Below, piece after piece: positions 9,987-18,835 of a DNA stretch of 64,000 bases (its first letter is position 1; every line of letters starts with the position of its first letter). The position numbers and the translations under genes are program-made. The notes beneath the pieces are model-generated. The model made no database searches and was not told the origin of the DNA. It saw only the letters and a list, made by a program, of their open reading frames with translations. The stretch covers positions 1,312,001-1,376,000 of the forward strand of contig OY970178.1 in NCBI GenBank assembly GCA_963707915.1, in the 5' to 3' direction. The stretch comes from Candidatus Eiseniibacteriota bacterium (lineage in GTDB: Bacteria; Eisenbacteria; RBG-16-71-46).

Positions 9987-10551
9987 GGTGCCTCCCCGGC
10001 AGGAGCCGCGGCCGGCGGGCGAAGGCCGCCTGCCACGCGCCCCCCAGCGCCTGCTCCTCGCCGCGGATGCGCGCGACCAGGAGGGCGGCGTTGACGGCCG
10101 AAGCCGCGAGCGCGACCAGCCAGGCCCCGTGGACCAGCGGCAGCGCGGCGACCTCGACGATGACGGCGAGGTAGTTCGGGTGGCGCTGCAGGCGGTAGGG
10201 CCCGACGACGACGGGCGACGCGCCCGGCACGACGATGATCCGGGTCGTCCATCGTCCGGCCAGCGTGCGGATGCACCACCACCGGAGCGCTTGCGCCCCG
10301 AGCACGAGGACGAGGGCGCCCCAGCCGAGGAGACCGGGAAACGGACGGCGCAGCCACAGGACCTCCGCCACGCAGGCTGCCGGAAAGACCGCGTGGAAGA
10401 CAACCATGGCCGGGTAGTGAGCGCGACCGGTTTCCGTGCCCCCCATCGACAGCATCCGGCGGGCGTTGCGTCCCGAGACCAGGAGTTCCACCAGCCGTTC
10501 GGCATAGACCGCGCCGATCAGGACCAGGAACCACGCGACCGAGGTCACCAT
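9979..10551 (-). CDS. Isoprenylcysteine carboxyl methyltransferase family (SrsB/BpsB-like)
   Basis: ERLVELLVSGRN, HYPAMVVFH, LRWWCIRTLAGRWTTR, GPYRLQRHPNY, RIRGEEQAL. Confidence 0.9.
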   Translation of the reverse strand: MVTSVAWFLVLIGAVYAERLVELLVSGRNARRMLSMGGTETGRAHYPAMVVFHAVFPAACVAEVLWLRRPFPGLLGWGALVLVLGAQALRWWCIRTLAGRWTTRIIVVPGASPVVVGPYRLQRHPNYLAVIVEVAALPLVHGAWLVALAASAVNAALLVARIRGEEQALGGAWQAAFARRPRLLPGRHRA

Positions 10552-11630
10552 CGCAGCAGCACCAGTTCGGCGCAGAAGCCCGGCCCCATGGCCGCCAGCA
10601 GGCCGAGGTCGCCCGGCCGGGCCTCCCCCGACTCGAGCAGCTCGCCCAGCACGAACAAGACCGCCGCGGATGACAGGTTGCCGACCTCGGCGAGTGAACG
10701 GTGCGAGCGCGCGAGCGCCGCGGGCGGCAGCCCGAGCGCGTCCTCGAAGGCGTGCAGGACCCTCGGCCCGCCCGTGTGGGCCAGCCAGTGACGGATGTCC
10801 GCGCGCGAGCGCCCATGTCGCGCCAGGAAACGGTCCACATCCCCACCGACACGCGCGCGGACGACGTCCGGCACGCTGGCCGAGAGCACGATCTTGAAGC
10901 CACTGTCCACGATGTCCCACCCCATCACGCGCTCGGTGTCACGATAGAAGGAGGACGCGGACGCGACGACGCGCGGGCCGTCGTCCGAACGCGAGGGGCC
11001 CGTCAGCACGGCCGCAGCAGCGCCGTCCCCGAAGAGACCCGAGGCGATGATGTTGGGGATCGAGAGGTCCTCACGCTGGAGGGTCAGTGAGCAGAGCTCG
11101 ACCGAGAGCACGACGGCGACGCCGCCGGGAGCGGACGCCAGCCAATCCGCCGCGCGGCCCAGCGCGGCCGCGCCCCCGGCGCAACCGAGACCGAAGAGCG
11201 GCGAGCGGCGCACGTCGGTACGCAGGCCCAGGCGGTTGACGAGCAGGGCATCGACGCTGGGGGTCGCGAGGCCGGTCGTGGTCACGAAGAAGAGGTGGTC
11301 CACGTCGTGCGGCGCCAGGCCGGCGCTCCGCAGCGCCTCTCCCACGGCTTGTGCCCCGATCTCGACCGCGCAGCGCCGCCACGCCTCGTTCCGCGCGGCG
11401 AACGAGACCAGGCCCGGGTACTCGCCGATGGGCAACGCCAGGTACCTGCCCTTCACCTGGACGGCACGGTGGAGTTCTGCCAGCCGCTCGACGTTGAAGT
11501 GGGCGCCGGCCCAGGCGTGCCGGAACGCCGCGATCAGCGTCTCCTGGTCCGCGTAGTGGGGGGGCAGCGCGCGCGCCACCGCGCGGATCCGCGGCGGGCT
11601 GGGGGCTACGCCTTGACCGGAGGGAGTCAC
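10545..11630 (-). CDS. Type III polyketide synthase (SrsA/BpsA/FtpA-like)
   Basis: Cys-His-Asn triad in GLGCAGG, AHTGGPRV and GNLSSA; VELCSL; LFGDGAAA; MGPGFCAELVLLRW. Confidence 0.95.
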   Translation of the reverse strand: MTPSGQGVAPSPPRIRAVARALPPHYADQETLIAAFRHAWAGAHFNVERLAELHRAVQVKGRYLALPIGEYPGLVSFAARNEAWRRCAVEIGAQAVGEALRSAGLAPHDVDHLFFVTTTGLATPSVDALLVNRLGLRTDVRRSPLFGLGCAGGAAALGRAADWLASAPGGVAVVLSVELCSLTLQREDLSIPNIIASGLFGDGAAAAVLTGPSRSDDGPRVVASASSFYRDTERVMGWDIVDSGFKIVLSASVPDVVRARVGGDVDRFLARHGRSRADIRHWLAHTGGPRVLHAFEDALGLPPAALARSHRSLAEVGNLSSAAVLFVLGELLESGEARPGDLGLLAAMGPGFCAELVLLRW

Positions 11631-11695
11631 ATGGTCTCCGAGCGGCTCGTGTTCGGATCGGGGTGCCGTCCGCGGCTCGCGGACCCACCCCCGGA

Positions 11696-12481
11696 CTATC
11701 GCACGTTCCGCCGCAGGTCGGCGAGCGCGCGCCGGGCCTTCGCCCGGTACTGCTCATCGGTGATCCAGGTGGTGCGCAGGCCCAGCGCGCCTTCGAGCTC
11801 CACTTGCGCCTCCCGGTAGCGACGGGCCGCCGCCAGGGTGATGCCCAGCTCGACGTGGTGCGGGATGACCTCGGGGCGCAGGGCCGCGGCCCTGCCGAGA
11901 TGATCGAGGGCCGCGTCGAGCGAAGCCTGCGGCAGCCTGCCGTAGAGCACGGTGGCGAAGAACCGGAGGATCCCCGGCAACCCAACGACCTCCCGGTTCC
12001 AGACGCCGAGGACGTGGTGCGCCAGGTCCTCGTTTGGATCGAGCGCCAGCGCCGTGTCCGCCTCGGCCTCGATCTCGCGCGACAGCCGCACCTTGCGCTT
12101 CCCGCCCTCGAAGAGCGCGAGCTTGCCGAGCGCGATCGCGAGGAAGACATGACCCTTCGCACCACCCGGCTCCAGGGCCACGGCCGCACGCGCCAGTGAC
12201 TCCGCCTGCTGGCAGAGGCGCTTCTGGTCAGCCGCCTTCGTGCTCAGGGTCGCCTGGTCGGCCAGGGCCCGGGCGAGTTTCCAGGCCGCCTCGTAGCTCG
12301 CCGGGGCGATGCGATGCGCCTGACCGTAGGCGGCGCTCGCCGCGTCCAGGTCCAGCACGGCGAGCGAGGAATCCCCCGCCGCCAGGAGCACGGCGACCGT
12401 CGGGTCCCGGGCGGGCGGTGACGCACCGGCCGGCGCGACGAACCCGGCAAGCAGCAGGACGGTCGCGCAGCTCCTCACCAT
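11696..12481 (-). CDS. Secreted TPR-like helical-repeat protein
   Basis: Signal peptide; TPR-like units AVALEP, ALALDPNEDLAHHVLG, AAALRPEVIPHHVELG. Confidence 0.8.
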   Translation of the reverse strand: MVRSCATVLLLAGFVAPAGASPPARDPTVAVLLAAGDSSLAVLDLDAASAAYGQAHRIAPASYEAAWKLARALADQATLSTKAADQKRLCQQAESLARAAVALEPGGAKGHVFLAIALGKLALFEGGKRKVRLSREIEAEADTALALDPNEDLAHHVLGVWNREVVGLPGILRFFATVLYGRLPQASLDAALDHLGRAAALRPEVIPHHVELGITLAAARRYREAQVELEGALGLRTTWITDEQYRAKARRALADLRRNVR

Positions 12482-12665
12482 GCCCAGGCACCTGGACGGG
12501 CCGTCCGGACGCGACGCGGCGCAACTCGTCGACACGGTCTCCCTCCCTTCACCCGGACCCAGGCAGGTGTACGTGCCCGGTTGGATGCCCGAGCGGGGGC
12601 GGAACGATGCACGGAACCGTAACCCCGGCTGGACGCCCCCGCCGGCGACGACAGTCGCCAGGCGG

Positions 12666-13439
12666 TCAGAGCTTCGCGGGTGGAACCTCGCTGGCGAGCG
12701 CGATCTTCGTGTAGCCGCGCGGCACGGTCCAGGCCGAATCCGGGATCCTGGCCCCGATCACTCGCACGGCCTCCCAGTGGAAGCTGCCGTTCATCGTCGG
12801 CGTGGTGAAGTTCACCGACGCGGCCAGGCACAATCCGGTCGCGTCCTGCGTCTCCCAGAACATGGTCATGATCGCGCGCGCGACCGGGTCCAGGACCGCG
12901 GCAAGGACGACGTCGTCGGTAGTCTCGTCGTAGGGCTCGATCTGGAGCGAAGCGGCCGTCCAGCGTTCCACCGCCATCTCGGGGCCGGCCCGGATCGTCC
13001 ATCGATTGCAGGGATAGCCGGCGATCATCTTCGTCTTGAACCCGTCGTCCATCTGGATCGAATCGGGCGAGAAGTCCACGTCCCGGGCCCATTCCGACTT
13101 CAACTCCTCGTTGGCGTCCCGCAGCATCATGTCCCAGCGGCTGCCGTCCGTGACGTCCACGATGCTGTCCGCCCGGGCCAGGGGCCCTTCCCAGTAGACC
13201 CTGCGCCGGTGGTCGATGAGCGTGATGCGCTGGTCCTTCGAGTCGAAGACCACCTCCCGGCCGTCGGGAGTCGAGACCCGGATCCTCCGCGAGGTGAAGT
13301 AGCTGGCGCGGGTGGCGGTGTCACCGTCCACGAACGTGAAGCTCCCGATGACGGTGATGTCGGCGCGCACCGGCTGGGCCGCGAACATCGCGAGGCCCGC
13401 GCAGGTGAGACCCAAACGGGCTACGGAAGCGAGACGCAT
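12666..13439 (-). CDS. Secreted DUF4412-like protein
   Basis: Signal peptide ending VRA; ITLIDHRRRVY, TKMIAGYPCNRW, IPDSAWTVPRGYTK. Confidence 0.7.
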   Translation of the reverse strand: MRLASVARLGLTCAGLAMFAAQPVRADITVIGSFTFVDGDTATRASYFTSRRIRVSTPDGREVVFDSKDQRITLIDHRRRVYWEGPLARADSIVDVTDGSRWDMMLRDANEELKSEWARDVDFSPDSIQMDDGFKTKMIAGYPCNRWTIRAGPEMAVERWTAASLQIEPYDETTDDVVLAAVLDPVARAIMTMFWETQDATGLCLAASVNFTTPTMNGSFHWEAVRVIGARIPDSAWTVPRGYTKIALASEVPPAKL

Positions 13440-13614
13440 CGGTTCCTACCCCCTTCTGCCAACCATGGCTGCCCGAGAGACGTTCCTGCACCCGCAGGCG
13501 CCCGTGCGGCACGGACGCCTGCAGCTGCCTTCCTCGATCGACTCGTCCGGGGCCCCGGATGCGGATATCGCTCCTCAGGCGGCACCCGCGGCGAACCCGG
13601 CGGGCCGAGGGTCC

Positions 13615-14034
13615 TCAACGACGGCGCGAGCCGTGGCCCGAACCGGCAAAGCCGTGGTAGCCGAACCCCGGCCGCACGTGGACGGTGTGGTAGTACGGCG
13701 CGTAGAAGTCGAAATCGAAGTCCCAGGACCACGGCGAGTAGTACGGCCACCAGTAGTAACTGTCGCGGTAGACGCCTGCGTGGCCGCTGTCTTCCGTGCG
13801 CAACATGGCCAGGACGACGTCGTTGGACACCCCCGCCTCCTTGAGGACGTGGAAGTCCTTGGCGTCCAGGTCGAACCGCGTGTCGCCGTGCCTGATCTTC
13901 GCGATGATCAGCGAATCGGGGACCCCGTCCCGGCTCATCGTCACGACGTCCTTCACCCCGAAGGCCAGGGCGTCATGCGGCAGGAGGAAGGACAGGACAA
14001 GCCCGGCGGCCACCACGACCAGGGTGCGTTTCAT
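13615..14034 (-). CDS. Small secreted hypothetical protein with aromatic-rich tail
   Basis: Signal peptide; DVVTMSRDGVPDSLIIAKI...LKEAGVSNDVVLAM; Y/W/F-rich C-terminus. Confidence 0.75.
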   Translation of the reverse strand: MKRTLVVVAAGLVLSFLLPHDALAFGVKDVVTMSRDGVPDSLIIAKIRHGDTRFDLDAKDFHVLKEAGVSNDVVLAMLRTEDSGHAGVYRDSYYWWPYYSPWSWDFDFDFYAPYYHTVHVRPGFGYHGFAGSGHGSRRR

Positions 14035-14345
14035 AGGATGCCTCACTCTCCGCCCGGCCCCTGGCGAGCCCCTCGTGCTGTTCGCCAAGAGCCTGGCCGA
14101 CTGACCCTTGCGGCCCCGCCTTCGAGCAACCGCTGATGGGGCCGGCCGTTCCGCCGCCCCCGTTCCGGGGCCCCCGTTCGCCTCCTTCCGTCCCGGCGGT
14201 CCAGCGCCCCACGAGACCCGTTGCTCTCATCCATTTCGATACCGGATGTGCCCGGGCGGTGTCACGGGGAGGTGACAGGCGCATGGTATTTCGTGGCCGC
14301 GGCCGGCCACCGGCGGCACGTCCGAGAGGTGCGCGTCCCCGGCCG

Positions 14346-15125
14346 TCACTTCGCCAGTGTCTCCTCCAGGAAGTCGCGCATCGCGCGCCACGACCGCCGG
14401 TCGGCGGCCGCGTTGTAGGCGGCGCCCTTGCTGTTGTCGTCCCCCGCGCGCCGGTCCGTGAAGCTGTGGACGGCACCGCTGTACTGGACGACCTGCCAGT
14501 CCACGTGCCCCGCGCGCATCTCGTTCATGAAGGCCTGGACCTCGTCCTGCTTCACGAACGGGTCGTCGGCGCCGTGCAGCACGAGCACCTTGGCCCTGAT
14601 GTTCCTGGCGTCGCTCGTGTCGGCCGCCGACAGCGAGCCGTGGAAGGTGACGACCGCGCGCAGCGGCGCGCCGCTCCTCGCCAGCTCGAGGGCGCCGGCC
14701 CCGCCGAAGCAGTAGCCGATCGCCGCCAGTCGCGCCGGGTCCGCCTGCGGCTGCCCGGCGAGGCAGTCCAGCCCCGCGCGCACGCGGGACCGGAGCAGCG
14801 CGCGGTCCTTGTAGAAGCCGCCCGCCAGCGCCGCGGCCTCGTCCCGGTTCGCCGGCCGCACGCCCTTGCCGTAGACGTCCGCCGCGAGCGCCACGTAGCC
14901 GAGCGCCGCGAGTTGCTCCGCGCGCATCTTCTGGTAGTCCGATACCCCCATCCAGTCGTGCACGATCAGGATGGCGGGCCGCCTTCCCGCCACGGCGTCG
15001 TCGTACGACAGGTAGCCCTGGCAGGTGGTCTCGCCCTGCCGGTACTCGACCGTCCGGGTGATCACCTTGGCCATGGACACGCTCGAGATGGAGAGGAACG
15101 CGATCGACAGCAGGAGTCGCTTCAC
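14346..15125 (-). CDS. Dienelactone hydrolase family protein (exported)
   Basis: HDWMG, GYCFGG nucleophile elbow, HGADD, YSGAVHSF; signal peptide. Confidence 0.93.
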   Translation of the reverse strand: MKRLLLSIAFLSISSVSMAKVITRTVEYRQGETTCQGYLSYDDAVAGRRPAILIVHDWMGVSDYQKMRAEQLAALGYVALAADVYGKGVRPANRDEAAALAGGFYKDRALLRSRVRAGLDCLAGQPQADPARLAAIGYCFGGAGALELARSGAPLRAVVTFHGSLSAADTSDARNIRAKVLVLHGADDPFVKQDEVQAFMNEMRAGHVDWQVVQYSGAVHSFTDRRAGDDNSKGAAYNAAADRRSWRAMRDFLEETLAK

Positions 15126-15173
15126 GGGACACCTCGCTTCGAGAGGCCGGCGGGCCGGCCGCTCCCCGCGCCG

Positions 15174-16634
15174 TCAGCCGCGCTGCGTCCGGGCGGAGAG
15201 CCCCCAGTAGAGCAGGCCGGCGGCGAAGAAGCCGACGAACCACGCGTAGGAATAGAGCGGCTTGAGCCCGGGCACGACCAGTCCACCCCACGCCAGGGCG
15301 CAGCCGACGACCGTCGCGACGACCGCCTTCCAGTTCCAGCCACCGCGATAGCGATAGATGCCGGTCGCGAGGTAAAGATCCTCGAGCACCAGCCGCCGCC
15401 TGCGGACCAGCCAGTAGTCGGCGATCAGCACCCCCGCGATCGAGCCCAGCCCGCCCGAGTAGCCGAGCAGCCAGGCGAAGATGTAGCCCGAGGGGTCGGC
15501 GAGCAACCGCCAGGGCTGCATCAGGATCCCGATGATCCCGGTGATCAACCCGCCGGTCTTGAAGCGGATCGCCCGCGGGAAGGCGTTCGCGAAGTCGTTC
15601 GCCGGGGACACCACGTTCGCGGCGATGTTGACCGCCAGCGTGGCGACCACCACGGTGAACATCGAGACCGCCACCACCACCGGCGACCGGAAGTTGCCGA
15701 CCAGCTGGACCGGGTCCCAGATCGCGCGGCCGTAGATCAGCACGGTCGCGCTGGTGATGAGCACGCCCATCCCGGCGAACACCGACATGGTCGTGGGCAG
15801 GGCGACCACCTGCCCGATCGCCTGGTCGCGCTGGCTCCGGCCGTAGCGCGTGAAGTCCGGCATGTTGAGCGACAGCGTCGCCCAGTAGCCGATCATCGCG
15901 GTGAGCGAGGGGACGAACACCGGCATCAACTCGCCGAAGGTGTGGAACCTACCGGGCTGCGCGAGCAGCGGGCCGAACCCGTGCGCCTGCCGCACCGCCC
16001 AGGCGAGGAGGACGCCCGCCATCACGAGCACGAAGGGCGCGGCCCAGTTCTCGACCTTCCGCAGCAGGTCGATGCCGCGGTAGATGATGAACACATTCAT
16101 CCCCCAGAACAGCAGGAACGCGAGCCAGGCCGTCGTCGTGTGCCCGCCGAAGCCCGGCCCGAGCAGGCCGTGCCAGCCCGGAACGAGTACCGCGGCGAGC
16201 GTGTCGAGCGCCTCGCCGCCGATCCACGACTGGATCCCGAACCAGCCGCAGGCGACCAGCGCCCTCATCAACGCGGGAAGGTTCGAGCCGATCGTCCCGT
16301 AGGCGGCTCGCGCGAACACCGGGAACGGGATGCCGTACTTGGTGCCCGGGTGCGAGTTCAGGAGGATCGGCACCAGCACGATGGTGTTGCCCAGCAGGAT
16401 CGTGGCCAGCGCCTGCATCCAGTTCATGCCCGCCACCATGAGGCCCGAGGCCAGCATGTAGGTCGGGATGCAGTGCGCCATGCTGATCCACAGCGCTGCG
16501 TAGTTGTAGGTCGTCCAGTTGCGGCCGCTCACCGGCACCGGAGCGAGGTCGGGGTTCGAGAGCGGGCTCGCCTGGATCCGCGTGGGATCCGCCAGCTCGA
16601 TGCGGCCGTCCGAATGCCGGATCTCGTTCGTCAT
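15174..16634 (-). CDS. NCS1 nucleobase:cation symporter
   Basis: SNPDLAP, YGIPFPVFARAAYG, ACGWFGIQSW, WATLSLNMPDFTRY, NIAANVVSPAND; ~12 TM segments. Confidence 0.93.
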   Translation of the reverse strand: MTNEIRHSDGRIELADPTRIQASPLSNPDLAPVPVSGRNWTTYNYAALWISMAHCIPTYMLASGLMVAGMNWMQALATILLGNTIVLVPILLNSHPGTKYGIPFPVFARAAYGTIGSNLPALMRALVACGWFGIQSWIGGEALDTLAAVLVPGWHGLLGPGFGGHTTTAWLAFLLFWGMNVFIIYRGIDLLRKVENWAAPFVLVMAGVLLAWAVRQAHGFGPLLAQPGRFHTFGELMPVFVPSLTAMIGYWATLSLNMPDFTRYGRSQRDQAIGQVVALPTTMSVFAGMGVLITSATVLIYGRAIWDPVQLVGNFRSPVVVAVSMFTVVVATLAVNIAANVVSPANDFANAFPRAIRFKTGGLITGIIGILMQPWRLLADPSGYIFAWLLGYSGGLGSIAGVLIADYWLVRRRRLVLEDLYLATGIYRYRGGWNWKAVVATVVGCALAWGGLVVPGLKPLYSYAWFVGFFAAGLLYWGLSARTQRG

Positions 16635-16849
16635 CACCGTCGGTGCCTCCCGGTCGGCCGGTCCCCGTCGCTCCTCCGCGCTGGGCGCGCATCTTCGCAC
16701 AGCCGCGGTCCGGGCCGCGAGGGAAATCCGGGAACGGGGCAGGCGCGGAAGCGCCCCGTCAGGGGAGCACCGGAGGCGTGGAGGCGGGCGGAGGGCCGGG
16801 GTCCGCGCGGTGCGCGGCTCGGGTGGTTGATGCGGCGGCGGACCCCGGC

Positions 16850-17518
16850 CTATCGAATCACGACCAACCGACTCGTCCAGGCCGCCGAGCCGAGGCGGGC
16901 GGTCACGAAGTAGATCCCCGCGCCGACCGGGCTGCCGCCGGCGTCACGGAGGTCCCAGGACAGCTCGCCCTGGCCCGCCGCCCGCTCGCCGTCGGCGAGG
17001 GTCCGCACGCGGCGACCCTGGGCGTCGAACACGTCGACCTGGACCCGCGCCGGCTGCGGCATCGAGTAGACCCAGCGCGCGGACGCGCGCGCGGGGTTGG
17101 GCCGCGGCGGAGAGAACGAGAGCGAAAGCGCGGCCGGGTCGACGCCCACGGTCATCACCTGGCGGATCCACAGATTCGACAGCTTCGACCAGTTCCCGGC
17201 GCCATCCGCCGCCTTGATGGCCATGAAGTACGTCACGTCGTCGGACAGGCCCGAGACCACGAACGACTCCAGCGTCCCGGCGACCGCGGGCGACGGCAGC
17301 CCCGTGACCTTCGTGGCCAGCAGGAAGTTCGAAGTCGTGATCGGGAGGCGCGAGTAGCGCAGGTCGTAGACCTGGGCTCGCCCGAAGACGCTGTCGGCGC
17401 CGGGGGCGGTCCAGTGAAGCGTAATCGGAGTGGAGGAAGCCAGTGCGACCGAAGCGAGCACCGTCATGCCGACGGCGTTCGAGATCGCCAGCATGGCCAC
17501 GCGCCGTGCGAGACTCAT
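16850..17518 (-). CDS. Secreted FN3-like plus FlgD-Ig protein
   Basis: ITLHWTAPGAD...YDLRYS...YFMAIKAADGAGNWSKLSN (FN3-like); PRPNP...FDAQGRRVRTL...WDLRD...GIYFV tail. Confidence 0.85.
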   Translation of the reverse strand: MSLARRVAMLAISNAVGMTVLASVALASSTPITLHWTAPGADSVFGRAQVYDLRYSRLPITTSNFLLATKVTGLPSPAVAGTLESFVVSGLSDDVTYFMAIKAADGAGNWSKLSNLWIRQVMTVGVDPAALSLSFSPPRPNPARASARWVYSMPQPARVQVDVFDAQGRRVRTLADGERAAGQGELSWDLRDAGGSPVGAGIYFVTARLGSAAWTSRLVVIR

Positions 17519-18096
17519 CAGCCCCCCAGTTGGCCGGGCCCGGGATCGGCGGATCTTGCGGGCAGGCCTGACACTTCCCCGGCACGTGTGCGCCCGGGGC
17601 GACCTTGCTTTGAACCAAGCCGAGGGGGCTCGTGGGCTGCCGGTCGCGGATCGGCCCGAGCCACGTGCGGTGGCTCGATCCACGCTGCGGCGCGGCGCGA
17701 GCGGAAGGTGAGAAGCGGGCCACTCGTGCGCCGACGTCCGGCGGTTCCGGCCTACGCAATTCCGGCGCCAACCGCGAGGGGATCGCGAGCGGACGGCCAA
17801 ACGTCAGCCGGGCATCAGGATGTCGGATCGGACCGAAACGAACTCATCCGGTCCGGTGACCTCGGTGCGCGGAGCGCGCACACACGGTGAGGCGCGGTCG
17901 CTACGGGGCACGGCCAGGGTGGCGCAGCTTCACCGCTGGCGGTCGCGGGTGAGCCCGCCAGGGCCGGGAGGCGGACGAGGAGCGTGACGAGCGCGGGAGC
18001 AACGTCCGACGACGAATCCCGCCGGCGCACGCGCACCGGCGGGAGGTCGAATCCAGTGACCGGGATCGGCGAGTCGTGCCTAGCCCCTCAACGCCT

Positions 18097-18124
18097 GAGG
18101 CGGCGTCCGGGGGGACGCCGCCTC
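18097..18124 (-). terminator. Terminator-like hairpin after the csp gene
   Basis: Perfect 12-bp inverted repeat GAGGCGGCGTCC-4nt-GGACGCCGCCTC, ~30 nt past the stop; weak U-tract. Confidence 0.55.
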
Positions 18125-18152
18125 GATGGCGTGAAGTGGTACCCGGAGCGGA

Positions 18153-18353
18153 TCAGGCCTTGCGGACGTTCGCTGCCTGCAGGCCCTTCGGGCCCTGCGT
18201 CACGTCGAACTCCAGCGCCTCGCCCTCGGCCAGCGTCTTGAAGCCGTCGCCCGAGATCGCGGAGAAGTGGACGAACACGTCCTCGCCACCCTCCTGAGAG
18301 ATGAATCCGAACCCCTTCGCTTCGTTGAACCACTTCACGGTGCCACGAGCCAC
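18153..18353 (-). CDS. cspA: Cold-shock protein (CspA family)
   Basis: [15 protein letters not shown] (RNP1), DVFVHFSAI (RNP2), [22 protein letters not shown] start. Confidence 0.95.
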   Translation of the reverse strand: MARGTVKWFNEAKGFGFISQEGGEDVFVHFSAISGDGFKTLAEGEALEFDVTQGPKGLQAANVRKA

Positions 18354-18625
18354 TTGGAACTCCTTGATGCCGGGTCCGAAGACCCTGTGCTTTGCCGCCC
18401 GAACACGTGGCGGCGACGGCCGGTCAGGCTGACCGGAACTCCGGCGGCTGGAACGGGCCAAGCAGAAACGCCAGGGACTTGTCCCTGGCGGAATCGAACC
18501 GACTGGCTCGCATCCCAATCAACCGAAGACAAAGGGGACTTTGCACCTTCCGGGCCCGGAACGCAAGCCGCCCCGGGGGGGGGCGGCTTGCCCTGCGGGT
18601 CGCCGGCGGCGCGCAGGCACCGGGC

Positions 18626-18653
18626 TTGACGTTCGGGCGATTGGGGCTAGTAT
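18626..18653 (+). promoter_or_regulatory. Sigma70-like promoter for the riboswitch-CaCA transcript
   Basis: TTGACG-16nt-TAGTAT; predicted +1 falls at the riboswitch 5' end (~18660). Confidence 0.6.
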
Positions 18654-18660
18654 GGCCCCG

Positions 18661-18770
18661 CACAAAGGGGAGTAGTTCACGCCGCCCTCACGCGGCGTCG
18701 GGGAGATCGACAAACCGGCCGCTGGCCCGGTCCCCCACCTCGCGCACCGAGGCGAACGAGACCTTCAGGC
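18661..18770 (+). ncRNA. yybP-ykoY (Mn2+-sensing) riboswitch
   Basis: 5' AAAGGGGAGTAG and 3' CGAGACCTT hallmark strands; L3-like CGACAAAC with a P4 hairpin; sits in the 5' leader of a cation transporter. Confidence 0.82.
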
Positions 18771-18835
18771 AGGGAGGATTCCCGCCGGGGTTTCGGTGTT
18801 CGCCGCGACACCTCGGTCACCACCGGAGGCCGAGC

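Noticed and set aside
14260..14277. Palindrome TGTCAC-N6-GTGACA
   Set aside because: Single occurrence that does not match the CRP/FNR consensus; I cannot assign a regulator.
17520..18090. ~570-bp intergenic region with hairpins and a 73-aa ORF
   Set aside because: No recognisable RNA family or protein motif, and hairpins are expected at this GC content. An Infernal scan would be needed to say more.
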